From a phage, in assembly GCA_033286805.1 (NCBI GenBank), contig GCA_033286805.1_4727.1: a stretch of DNA of 64,000 nucleotides, one strand, 5' to 3'. Shown in pieces: positions 1-8,609 of this stretch; position 1 is the stretch's first letter, and the number at the start of each line of letters is the position of its first letter. The notes under the pieces are model-generated. The model made no database searches. It was not told the DNA's origin and saw nothing but the letters and a program-made list of their open reading frames with translations. Position numbers and translations under genes: made by a program.

Positions 1-13
1 GCATATTAACCTC

Positions 14-50
14 CCTTCCTTCCCTAGCCGTCAAGGCCGGGGAAGGAAGG
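14..50. terminator. GC-rich stem-loop (CCTTCCTTCCC / GGGAAGGAAGG arms, loop tagccgtcaaggcc) followed by TTTATGGTTT
   Basis: Inverted repeat read directly; near-identical copy at 47150-47184; lies just past the 3' end of the minus gene 63..602. Confidence 0.5.
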
Positions 51-62
51 TTTATGGTTTAT

Positions 63-602
63 TTACTGTGTGTTCTTAGCTTCACGAATGAAAATAACAT
101 CAGGATATTCTTGGGATTCAATGAATTCAGGATTACGATAACGACGAATATGACGCATCGTTGTACAAGCAAGTTTGTAAAGATGTTCCTCCTCACGTTG
201 TGTTAATAACATCAGTTGCGCGTCTGGAATCACGAATGGGAGTCTTTCATTCACGTATTCCCGAAGGTCATCGAGATCATCGTGATGAATGCCCTCTGAG
301 AGCTTATATAACGCTTCCAGCAATTCTAATCCACCGAACTGGTAACTTCCTATTGTCGTCGTAAACAATGCGCCAGAACGCGTGGTGGATGCTCTATCGG
401 CGACATCGTATTGTTCTAACATATATCCGTAGACCATGCTACGTCGATCCAGTGTATCCGTAACGAGATTACGCCACCGTTCCAGTCTTTCGAGTGCTTT
501 GTCGATAGAGTAAACGATCATGCCATGTTCATCCAACTCTTCCGCAATACCCAATAGTTCATTGTTGTTAGGTTTTGCTGCACCGATAAGAAAAACACTC
601 AT
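63..602 (-). CDS. hypothetical protein (179 aa)
   Basis: Long ORF in six-frame track; no motif recognised. Confidence 0.5.
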   Translation of the reverse strand: MSVFLIGAAKPNNNELLGIAEELDEHGMIVYSIDKALERLERWRNLVTDTLDRRSMVYGYMLEQYDVADRASTTRSGALFTTTIGSYQFGGLELLEALYKLSEGIHHDDLDDLREYVNERLPFVIPDAQLMLLTQREEEHLYKLACTTMRHIRRYRNPEFIESQEYPDVIFIREAKNTQ

Positions 603-1015
603 TACTCAAACTCCTTATTCCAAAACTCGATTAATGAATCGAGCTGTTCCTTACTGGTTATCTCACCTCCCCTAACAAAATGAAATCGTTCTTGAATGGC
701 GATCTTTTCAAGGATGTCGGTAAGCAAATGACGGTGACAGAAATTTCCTGCAGGACAATAACACCCTAACACCACAACCGGATGGGAGAATAAAGCCAAC
801 CATTCCGATGTATGATCAACAAAGCTTTTGCGCATAAGCGTGTAGTAGCCTGCGGTATATTCATCCTCGGTTAACGTTTTTGATTTGATTCCTGTAACAA
901 GTTCCCATGAAGGTGCGAAGAGCGGGTTACCTGTTTTCACCGTCGTGTCCAGTAGGAACGCTCGTGTGTCTGAAAGCCAACGATGTTTGGCTAATTGAAG
1001 GGTGTATAAAAACAC
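602..1015 (-). CDS. hypothetical protein, possible DUF488-like (C-x-x-P-x-x-x-x-CHR-x-LL motif)
   Basis: Motif LGCYCPAGNFCHRHLL resembles the conserved CHR motif recalled for DUF488 proteins; weak. Confidence 0.35.
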   Translation of the reverse strand: MFLYTLQLAKHRWLSDTRAFLLDTTVKTGNPLFAPSWELVTGIKSKTLTEDEYTAGYYTLMRKSFVDHTSEWLALFSHPVVVLGCYCPAGNFCHRHLLTDILEKIAIQERFHFVRGGEITSKEQLDSLIEFWNKEFE

Positions 1016-1034
1016 AGCGCTAACCCCAAAGGAT

Positions 1035-1090
1035 AAAAATAAAACCTTGACATAACCACCACCGCAACCCCATACAGGGCTACGGTGGGG
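1035..1090 (-). terminator. Putative intrinsic terminator after gene 1119..1598 (stem CCACCG/CGGTGG region followed by a T-rich tract on the minus strand)
   Basis: Hairpin plus GTTTTATTTTTATCC on the minus strand immediately downstream of the stop. Confidence 0.4.
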
Positions 1091-1118
1091 TCATACAGAG
1101 AGACGTGTTAGGTTACAA

Positions 1119-1598
1119 TCAGTCTTTCAGCAGCTCAGCTGCATACGCACTGATGTTGTCGCGAATATGCTTAACCTGAGTTGTTGGGAAAGATTTCTTA
1201 TACGCGGTGGTCAGGCGTCCGTAAACCTGTTTCTTCTCGTTAGAGCCGAAACCAACTTCAGCGCTACGTTGAACCGTTGCAGACACAACGTCTTTGCCCA
1301 GCGGCAGGGTTACAGAAACAACGTCAACCTGTTTGTTATCCGCCATGAACTGCGCGCCAACGCGGCCAACCGCCAGACCGTGAGCCAGACCGATATCGGT
1401 GGTCAGTTTCTGTGCTTTTTCCAGGATTTCTTTTTCTTCCGGCGTTACCAGAGTACCCAGGAAATCACTGCCTAACTTCTGGCTACCAGATTCGTCCAGT
1501 TTAATACCAGCGGCGATTTTATCAGAAAGAGCCTGAACTTCCGGACGTACGTTAGAAGTGGTTTCAGTCGCTACGGTGGTTTCTACAGCTTCAGACAT
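1119..1598 (-). CDS. hypothetical protein (159 aa), strongly host-optimised codons, probably highly expressed
   Basis: Complete ORF; codon choice dominated by CTG/CCG/GGT/CGT/GAA/AAA; promoter-like motif upstream and terminator downstream. Confidence 0.6.
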   Translation of the reverse strand: MSEAVETTVATETTSNVRPEVQALSDKIAAGIKLDESGSQKLGSDFLGTLVTPEEKEILEKAQKLTTDIGLAHGLAVGRVGAQFMADNKQVDVVSVTLPLGKDVVSATVQRSAEVGFGSNEKKQVYGRLTTAYKKSFPTTQVKHIRDNISAYAAELLKD

Positions 1599-1710
1599 GT
1601 TAATACTCCAATTAGTTTTTTCGATCGATCAAAAGGATAAAATCAGAAGATTCTTTCTTCATAGGGAAAACACAAGTCGGTTAAGGTTTACTTCTTAAAC
1701 TCCTTGCGTT

Positions 1711-1733
1711 CTATCAGTTAGGTAATATAGACC
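1711..1733 (-). promoter_or_regulatory. Promoter-like conserved motif, copy 1 (plus-strand text ctatcagttaggtaatatagacc)
   Basis: One of four copies of GGTAATATAG with conserved flanks, each 25-115 nt upstream of a minus-strand gene start. Confidence 0.4.
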
Positions 1734-2534
1734 TCAACTTTTTTCCAATAATGCCGCAACGTTCCGTGCGAAACGAATTACCTTATAATTGCGGGTCTGT
1801 TTGATATCTTCTTCCCCATCACTGTCACCTTCAGACGGATCTTCCCACATGAAGTCTTGTTCGTCCGCTTTCTGTAAGTAGCGGTATAACTGCACCATGC
1901 TGCGTGCGGTCGGAGAGATAGCGCGAAGCTCATCCAATTCTTCATCAGTCAACAGAACGTGCGGTGAACGCAGTGGTTCCATTGTCGTATTGCACAACAG
2001 ACGAATCAGCAGATCGACACACGGAATAACAGAACCTGGTGAGGCGATTTCTGGGTGTAACGTATAACCCCAATATACGGTGTTAAAATACGTCAAAACA
2101 GCAGGTAGTGACGGATGTTCCATCGCACGGCCAATTTGTTGTCTTACGATAGATGCACGATCGTTCAATACATCGAAAGTAATCTGCTGAGGTTCCATAA
2201 CCGCAAGTGAAATACCGTACGCGTCAGCCACACCCAGGATTTCATGAAGGGCCGAACGTTCTTCTTCGGTGGATATTGTCCCGATTGCCTTACGCCCCGC
2301 AAGGTCAATCAGCATCGGTGAAACAGCTTCTTTAACCGCATTAAAAGAAGCCTGGTAAGCGTGTTTATGAATATACAGTGTCCACGCTAATGCGCGCTCA
2401 GCCGCATGAAGCAGATCGACATAAGACAGTTCTTGATGGCATGGGCCATACACACTCACAGCAAGCTTGGTGGCTTTCTCAGAGGCTTGCATAATAACAT
2501 CTGGTGATTTAGGCATATCGCGTTCTTCTTGCAT
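1734..2534 (-). CDS. hypothetical protein (266 aa)
   Basis: Long ORF; no motif recognised. Confidence 0.5.
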   Translation of the reverse strand: MQEERDMPKSPDVIMQASEKATKLAVSVYGPCHQELSYVDLLHAAERALAWTLYIHKHAYQASFNAVKEAVSPMLIDLAGRKAIGTISTEEERSALHEILGVADAYGISLAVMEPQQITFDVLNDRASIVRQQIGRAMEHPSLPAVLTYFNTVYWGYTLHPEIASPGSVIPCVDLLIRLLCNTTMEPLRSPHVLLTDEELDELRAISPTARSMVQLYRYLQKADEQDFMWEDPSEGDSDGEEDIKQTRNYKVIRFARNVAALLEKS

Positions 2535-2816
2535 CTTTTAAATTCCTACTTAACAATAAAGTTCATATACGGCGTATGTATCCGTAGAATAATGGGTTCT
2601 GGTAAGATCTTACATCAAAATGACGGCATAAAAAGTACCTCCTTACCCACATGGGTAAGGAGGTTCGTCCATCACGACGAAAGGACGTTATGTGACGCGG
2701 TGTCCATAACGGCCCTGGTAGCAGGCATTAAAGATAACAAAAAGGATGTAAGTTGAGCTAAACCACCTAAATACGGTAACGATTACTTCCGTACACAATA
2801 TAACGCAACATCTTTT

Positions 2817-3626
2817 TTACCAATGATTAAAGCTGCCCGCTTTAACGACGTCACAACGTAGGTGGTTACGTAACTGATCCAGGAAGACAACCGGACTATC
2901 ACCAGACAACATAGCCAGCGCGTGTTGGCCGCCGGAACGAACAACAAGCTCATCAACCATTGGTGCTGTAATCGGGAGATCATACGCATCCATGATTGCC
3001 TTGGCTTCCTGTTCTACGTCTTTCTGGAACCCTTCCATCGTCGGAGAGTCATATTTGGTTGCAAACTCGATCCCCGGTAAGTTAACGTAATCGTAAGTCA
3101 TGACACGGGTCATAACACGACGGCGCTCACGTTGCCAGATCTGAGGATCGGTTAACGCGCGAACCGAAAAACACACGTTCACTAGCGGTGTTTCAAAATC
3201 TTTACGTAATGGATCACCGTACGGTCCGCAAGGAATAACATCCCCCATCACCATCACGACAGGACGACCACGACGATCACGTCCAGCTTCCTCTAACCAA
3301 ATCTTAGAAAAGCAATGGCTTACCTTCGTTTCTTCGATTCGTAATGCTCGCTGCAAAAAGCTGGTTGCATCCTGACCGATCTCTGGTTTAGGGTGACCGT
3401 ATTCCCCTTTCAACGAACGATTGCGTGCGTTTGTTTGCAATAAGCTATTTTCCAGGAACAGCGGTTTCGAACGCTCAAGTTCGTAATATTCTTCGGTATT
3501 GTTAAAACAGTTAAATCCGCCTATAACACAGGTGTAGGCACCGTCAGCATTAGGACGGATAATACCTTTCTTATTCACACCAAGATAACTGGTGCAAACA
3601 AGATTACTAATTGGTGGTTGCATCAT
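2817..3626 (-). CDS. hypothetical protein (269 aa)
   Basis: Long ORF; no motif recognised. Confidence 0.5.
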   Translation of the reverse strand: MMQPPISNLVCTSYLGVNKKGIIRPNADGAYTCVIGGFNCFNNTEEYYELERSKPLFLENSLLQTNARNRSLKGEYGHPKPEIGQDATSFLQRALRIEETKVSHCFSKIWLEEAGRDRRGRPVVMVMGDVIPCGPYGDPLRKDFETPLVNVCFSVRALTDPQIWQRERRRVMTRVMTYDYVNLPGIEFATKYDSPTMEGFQKDVEQEAKAIMDAYDLPITAPMVDELVVRSGGQHALAMLSGDSPVVFLDQLRNHLRCDVVKAGSFNHW

Positions 3627-3706
3627 AACCCCTTTATAAGCAACTGAGTGAAAAAAAGCGTTACATTCCCGCTTTTACGTCAAGAAGGTGACGCGTAAGC
3701 GTTATA

Positions 3707-4438
3707 TCACCATTCATACGATCCGGCGCACTGATGCCCCAACAGTACCAACGCGTCGTCTTTGGCCGCCAGATATTTTTCTAACGTTATCCGTGAAACG
3801 GACACATTAGAGAAATCCATCACACCTAAGCGATGATCGTAATGGTTAATTTGCATCCGGTAGTAACCTTTCTTTACCACCAGAAACTCGCCTTGACGCA
3901 ACCATAGCGGAACGTCGCCAACCTCCGCATGGATATAAAACACCGGACATTCTGTCGTAACGGAGTTTTCCTTCCCATCGCTATCTGTAATCTTCCCTTT
4001 GGGAACAGCCGCGATAAAACATTCTCCGATACGCTCGGTTTGATACCCGTTTGGATAGCGCGGATCGTGAAATAACCAATGCTCATCGCTAATATCCACA
4101 TCGGATAATAACGTACGATGTGGACGTAAGGCGATATCAAACGGAACACGATAGATAACGTACCCACCTAACCAATGGGCTAAGTGACCACCGGAATAGT
4201 ACTGCTTGATTGCGGTACTGTATCCGTATATACAACCCATCAAACTGCTAGATACACAGATCCTTGGAAACGATCCGTCTTCCATACGCAAGGTACGTTG
4301 TGGGATACGCGGCATCATCGTTTTCAGTTCGGTATCGGTGCTAATATGCAATAAACCGAAAGGAAGCGTTTTGCTCGGCACCCACGCACAACGTTCCATA
4401 ATCGATCTTGGGACAATAGTCTCGATAGACGATAACAT
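3707..4438 (-). CDS. hypothetical protein (243 aa)
   Basis: Long ORF; 1-nt gap to the upstream gene suggests translational coupling. Confidence 0.5.
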   Translation of the reverse strand: MLSSIETIVPRSIMERCAWVPSKTLPFGLLHISTDTELKTMMPRIPQRTLRMEDGSFPRICVSSSLMGCIYGYSTAIKQYYSGGHLAHWLGGYVIYRVPFDIALRPHRTLLSDVDISDEHWLFHDPRYPNGYQTERIGECFIAAVPKGKITDSDGKENSVTTECPVFYIHAEVGDVPLWLRQGEFLVVKKGYYRMQINHYDHRLGVMDFSNVSVSRITLEKYLAAKDDALVLLGHQCAGSYEW

Positions 4439-4439
4439 A

Positions 4440-5150
4440 TCACCCCCTCAGAATCGCTTCTGTTTCGCTGATCGTATCCGCAGGATAAACCAAACTACTA
4501 TCGATTGCGTTATTCACGTAACCACCCATTAAGTTGGTGATGGTGTTTGTACCACTATCGATGATGTTTCGTAATCCGATATCGATGGCTTTTAACGTGC
4601 TGCGTTCCTCATCCGAAAGCAAACGCCATGCCCGACGACGATCGTTGGGGTCACGCGTGGTGATAGAAGCCAGAACAGAATAGATGCTGCTATCCGCATT
4701 CAGTTTAACGCCTGCCAATTTCGCTGACGTGTAGAGCAGCTGATATTTTTCTTTCTCAGTGTACCACCATGGCACCTTACCGAGCGTATAGATCTCGTTA
4801 TACATCAGCCATGGGAAAGAGTTTCGCATCACGACATCGGTTGACACCAACACCGTGTCACCGGGAAGAAACACAAACTCATAAAACGGCTGGCCATCCA
4901 TGGTAATTTCACGGATGTCAGACGGGTCGATATGGAGCTGGGTCAATGCGTGGCTGACACCATACTGACCATCAGGAAGAATAATCGGGCAGCACGCACA
5001 AACCCGGTTCTCACTCCCGATGATAGATAAACCCAATCCCTCGTAACGGACGGGTGTCAGAATCGAACACCCGCCACGAGTAACAACAGATTTATCTTCT
5101 TGTATGTCCCAGTCCGCAAGCACCGCAGCACCGTTGCGGACAAGCGCCAT
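4440..5150 (-). CDS. hypothetical protein (236 aa)
   Basis: Long ORF, abuts neighbours. Confidence 0.5.
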   Translation of the reverse strand: MALVRNGAAVLADWDIQEDKSVVTRGGCSILTPVRYEGLGLSIIGSENRVCACCPIILPDGQYGVSHALTQLHIDPSDIREITMDGQPFYEFVFLPGDTVLVSTDVVMRNSFPWLMYNEIYTLGKVPWWYTEKEKYQLLYTSAKLAGVKLNADSSIYSVLASITTRDPNDRRRAWRLLSDEERSTLKAIDIGLRNIIDSGTNTITNLMGGYVNNAIDSSLVYPADTISETEAILRG

Positions 5151-6674
5151 TTACACCTCGCTAATCTGGATAACGTAAAGCTGCTGGGCCACGTAATCGG
5201 TGGTCAGATGCATCGTTGCGATGGTCGCCGCTTCGAACACCGTGAGTTCAGGACGTTCACGCATAATCAAATCGATCTCGTCGATGAGACGGTTAACGCC
5301 TTGAGCGTCTTCATGATGCATCGTTTTCACGTAAAGTGTACGGAAATACTGCTGGAAGTTAGCTACGTCGGTATCGGTAAGGTTAGCAACTTCACCACGC
5401 ACAATTTCCATGACCTTCTTACGGGCATCTTCATCGAGGTCGACCGTAATCAGATCAGCGAACACACCCTGCAACGCCAGCGCGTATGCACGTAAGCGGT
5501 TTGCGGCTTGCTGGCTGGCTTTCATGTTGATGTAGTTACGGTAATGCTGCATGAAGCCTGCACCGTTAGCCAACAGTTCATCTTTACTGATGAGTTCACG
5601 CTCTAACAGGACGGCTGCGGTTAACGCTTCCGGTGAACCACCTTCTTGCAGATAACCCATGTAGACGTCTGCGTTAACGAAAATCGTCATCGTTGACGCG
5701 TCTTCAGCACGTTGAATCTGAGAAGCCGACGGTGCAGAAAGAATCAGCTCACCACGCTCCATACGCAGGATACGATCACGACCGACGCGTGCCATCCCGT
5801 TGATCGCCGCAGCACGAGCTTGTTGCATTTTAGCGCGGTAGTTTTCAAGCATCATGTCGTTGCCGTCCTGGATATCTTCCAGCAGGTTAACGGCCCACAT
5901 ATAGCAGAGGAATGCAGGAGTTGCCGCAGCGCGGGAACCGTGGAATGCAACATTATCGCTATCCGGATATGTAATCAGATAAGCGGTGTTGTTCGAAGAA
6001 GGAGCGGAACCACGGAAGAAATAGTTGTAGATGTCTTCCAGTGCCTGATCGCTCATCCCTTCCGTTGCTTGCTGTACAAAACGATCCAGGTTTTCATTAC
6101 CGGTATACAGCAACGTACGCAGCTTATCACCGGTGATAAACGCAAGCTTTCCGGTTGGAGTGAAATCGTTATTAATCGAAATCAAGCCATTGAGGTCATA
6201 ATCGCTAACTAAGGCCTGGTACTCTTCGGAGTTATAAAACTCAGGATAGTAACTCAGACTTACTGTCGGGATCAGTTTCGGTGCCAGGATGATCGAATCG
6301 ATACGTTTTTCCAGTTCCGGGTACAGCGCACGGCATTTCGGCAGGATGGTGTTACGCGCCAACTCTTTGGCGTACACCACTTTTTCCACCACGTCTTGAA
6401 CTGCGGTCTGTAAAACTTCATCGTGGATATAAACCTCGCGTTCGCTGGCAGGTGCTACAGCGCCATCTTCGGTTTCATCAAGTGTTTCAGCAACAACCAT
6501 ACGTTCAGCACTGAGCTGCACCAACGCGTCAGCGTCTTCCGGTGGTTGGTTCCAGTGCATGGTTTCACAAACCGCGGCTAACGGAGTACCTGGAATCGCA
6601 GCGACGATTTGGTTACGTTTGATAAACCCTTCGACAATAGGCTCAACAGCATAAACGGTTTTATTGGTGATCAT
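5151..6674 (-). CDS. hypothetical protein (507 aa)
   Basis: Long ORF; start overlaps the stop of the upstream small ORF (TAATG). Confidence 0.55.
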   Translation of the reverse strand: MITNKTVYAVEPIVEGFIKRNQIVAAIPGTPLAAVCETMHWNQPPEDADALVQLSAERMVVAETLDETEDGAVAPASEREVYIHDEVLQTAVQDVVEKVVYAKELARNTILPKCRALYPELEKRIDSIILAPKLIPTVSLSYYPEFYNSEEYQALVSDYDLNGLISINNDFTPTGKLAFITGDKLRTLLYTGNENLDRFVQQATEGMSDQALEDIYNYFFRGSAPSSNNTAYLITYPDSDNVAFHGSRAAATPAFLCYMWAVNLLEDIQDGNDMMLENYRAKMQQARAAAINGMARVGRDRILRMERGELILSAPSASQIQRAEDASTMTIFVNADVYMGYLQEGGSPEALTAAVLLERELISKDELLANGAGFMQHYRNYINMKASQQAANRLRAYALALQGVFADLITVDLDEDARKKVMEIVRGEVANLTDTDVANFQQYFRTLYVKTMHHEDAQGVNRLIDEIDLIMRERPELTVFEAATIATMHLTTDYVAQQLYVIQISEV

Positions 6675-6907
6675 TACTGCGCTCCCTCCAACGCATTACT
6701 ACCTACGGGTTCTTTGGTTTCCAGACGGCTGTTTAAGCGCGCAGCAACCGCATCTTCCAATCCCAACGGCATAACCTTTTTGTTCACGTCAGGATCGGCG
6801 GCATCATTACCAACGGTTTGACGTACGACCTCAGCAACCAACGTTACCGCGTTCGTCAGCGCAACAAAGCTCGCTGCTCGAGCCGTGTTAAGTTGTTCTT
6901 GGTTCAT
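6674..6907 (-). CDS. small hypothetical protein (77 aa)
   Basis: ORF with stop/start overlap to the 507-aa gene. Confidence 0.4.
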   Translation of the reverse strand: MNQEQLNTARAASFVALTNAVTLVAEVVRQTVGNDAADPDVNKKVMPLGLEDAVAARLNSRLETKEPVGSNALEGAQ

Positions 6908-6982
6908 TCACTTTTCCTTTTAATGTCAGAGCATCGCATTCTTGACGTACGTCAAGAAGGTACTGCGTTCAGCGAAATAAAC

Positions 6983-7008
6983 GAGCAGGGGCATGAAGCC
7001 CCCTGCTC
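6983..7008 (-). terminator. Intrinsic terminator hairpin (GAGCAGGGG...CCCCTGCTC) flanked by T-rich tracts on both strands
   Basis: 9-bp GC-rich stem with 8-nt loop directly after the stop of 7009..8232; GTTTATTTCG follows on the minus strand. Confidence 0.6.
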
Positions 7009-8232
7009 TTATTTGGCGTCGTTAAAATAAATATCAACAGCTCGTTCCGTTGCGTAGAGGAGACCAAGATTCACAGTCCCAACCACTTCCGGTGAACCGA
7101 TGATACGGTTAGCGATACTGGTGCCACTGAAGATAGCATCAAGGGTGTGCCCGTCTTCGGTTTTGTTCACACCATGACCCACGGAAGAGACAACGGATTT
7201 CGCTTGAGCTGCGAAGGTACCTTTATCGCCCATCCCCGCACCAAGGTCGTAACGCATGAAAATACGGATGGCGATCTGGTTCTCGCCTAACGGATTACCG
7301 TCTATTCTCACGTTACTATTATTGATACGCCCCGTAGTTGCTTCGTTGAGTTTCAGTTCCTTAACGCGTTTAGCTCGTGCTTTATCCGCTTCACCGACGA
7401 GCGCCGCCATGGTTTCACTCATATCCTCAATCTGAGCGCGGTACAGTACATCGATCTGTACAACTTCACCATGAACGTCAGCACGTGGGTTATACTGACT
7501 CATACGACGTAATGCTTCAACGGCTTCCTGACTCTCATCACTCAGATCGGTCGCAATCGGTTCTTCCAGTGTTGCAAGGATCGTTCGTGGTTCAACATGA
7601 TCGCCGATTTTCACGAGACCACGAATGTTGAGATGAGCGTCAACAATGAGCGTACGGCTCTTAATCGATGGTGTTACGAGACGATCGGCAAGATTGTCGA
7701 AGATATACGAACTGTCCTCGTGAGTCTCTGGAATATCCAGAATACCGACAAGAGACAGAACACCTGCGCGCCAAACAACCTGACCTGGGTTCCACCAATC
7801 GCGTTTAAAATAAAGACGATGGAAGACCACCACATCCTGATCCTTAACGCGATCCCCGACTTTATAATCGGTAATGAGATCGTGAGGATAATACTTACCT
7901 GGTCCTTTCCCGATTATCGTACCGAGCTGGAAAACCTCTTCCCCTAACTCTGGATCGTCGTATTGTATCGTCAGCGCAGTTTTGGTGACCTTCTTAACAA
8001 CACCGTCACCTTGGGCGGCAGCTGCAAAGAGTTTACCAACACGATGCGCGATGACAGTCTCGCCACCCGTACGCCATGGTTGTACATCGTAACCTTCAGC
8101 AGCAATCATGCGGTTGTGCTGTATACCTATAAATACGAGACGCTTTGGCGAAATCCAGCAAAATACATTTACTGTGCGTCTGGATTGTTCAGATAAGGTC
8201 GTTAATCTTATCCCGGAGGCGATGACAGGCAC
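7009..8232 (-). CDS. Multisubunit RNA polymerase beta-like segment (middle region; probable downstream exon of a split beta gene)
   Basis: IQHNRMIAAEG...VQPW...RTGGETVIAHRVG resembles the bacterial beta HDDANRALMGANMQRQAVP...VGTGME region; MGDKGT...GHGVNK resembles GDKxxGRHGNKG; ORF opens only 3 codons upstream of a GTG. Confidence 0.6.
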   Translation of the reverse strand: MPVIASGIRLTTLSEQSRRTVNVFCWISPKRLVFIGIQHNRMIAAEGYDVQPWRTGGETVIAHRVGKLFAAAAQGDGVVKKVTKTALTIQYDDPELGEEVFQLGTIIGKGPGKYYPHDLITDYKVGDRVKDQDVVVFHRLYFKRDWWNPGQVVWRAGVLSLVGILDIPETHEDSSYIFDNLADRLVTPSIKSRTLIVDAHLNIRGLVKIGDHVEPRTILATLEEPIATDLSDESQEAVEALRRMSQYNPRADVHGEVVQIDVLYRAQIEDMSETMAALVGEADKARAKRVKELKLNEATTGRINNSNVRIDGNPLGENQIAIRIFMRYDLGAGMGDKGTFAAQAKSVVSSVGHGVNKTEDGHTLDAIFSGTSIANRIIGSPEVVGTVNLGLLYATERAVDIYFNDAK

Positions 8233-8609
8233 ACCGCCTCCCGCTTACGTTCTCACGCAAGAGCAGACTATATCACATCTCGTTTCAAACGGTGCTTCTT
8301 CAGCACCTCAACGAGAGTTCACTTCTTCCCAGCGCATCCAGCGCCATTCTCTTATCCAAGGAGAATGCCTCACTCGAGGGGTACCGGGGGATGAATCCCT
8401 TAGTCGTTGAACCTTTACCTTAGAACGCTTCACAGCGATCCTTAGGTACTTGGCTGCGGATTGTCCTTAAGCTATTATCTGTTTTTATAACCATACCGTC
8501 TTTCTTTTCAGAATCCGTTTTGGTCGATAACAGCGATGGATGTCTTCGCAATTCAGTGAATCTCATCTACATGTCGCCACATAGACGGACCCTGCTATTA
8601 AAAGCGTTA
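8231..8609 (-). ncRNA. Group I intron (ORF-less), approximate boundaries
   Basis: Minus-strand reading gives P-like GAAUUGCGAAG (about 8543-8556), Q AAUCCGCAGCCAAGUACCUAAGG (about 8447-8466), R GGUUCAACGACUAAGGG (8394-8414), S GAUAUAGUCUGC (8267-8276), in canonical order with GACUA/UAGUC P7 pairing; stop codon immediately at the putative 5' splice site. Confidence 0.75.

Noticed and set aside
1056-1110. sigma70-like TTGACA box with a TACAAT about 45 nt downstream
   Set aside because: Spacing is far from the 17 +/- 1 bp required and the region is better explained as the terminator of gene 1119..1598.
1734-3626. Prohead protease assignment for one of the roughly 270-aa ORFs downstream of the polymerase genes
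   Set aside because: Suggested only by vague recollection of gene order in phiKZ-like phages; I could not identify a catalytic His/Ser signature by eye, so no call was made.
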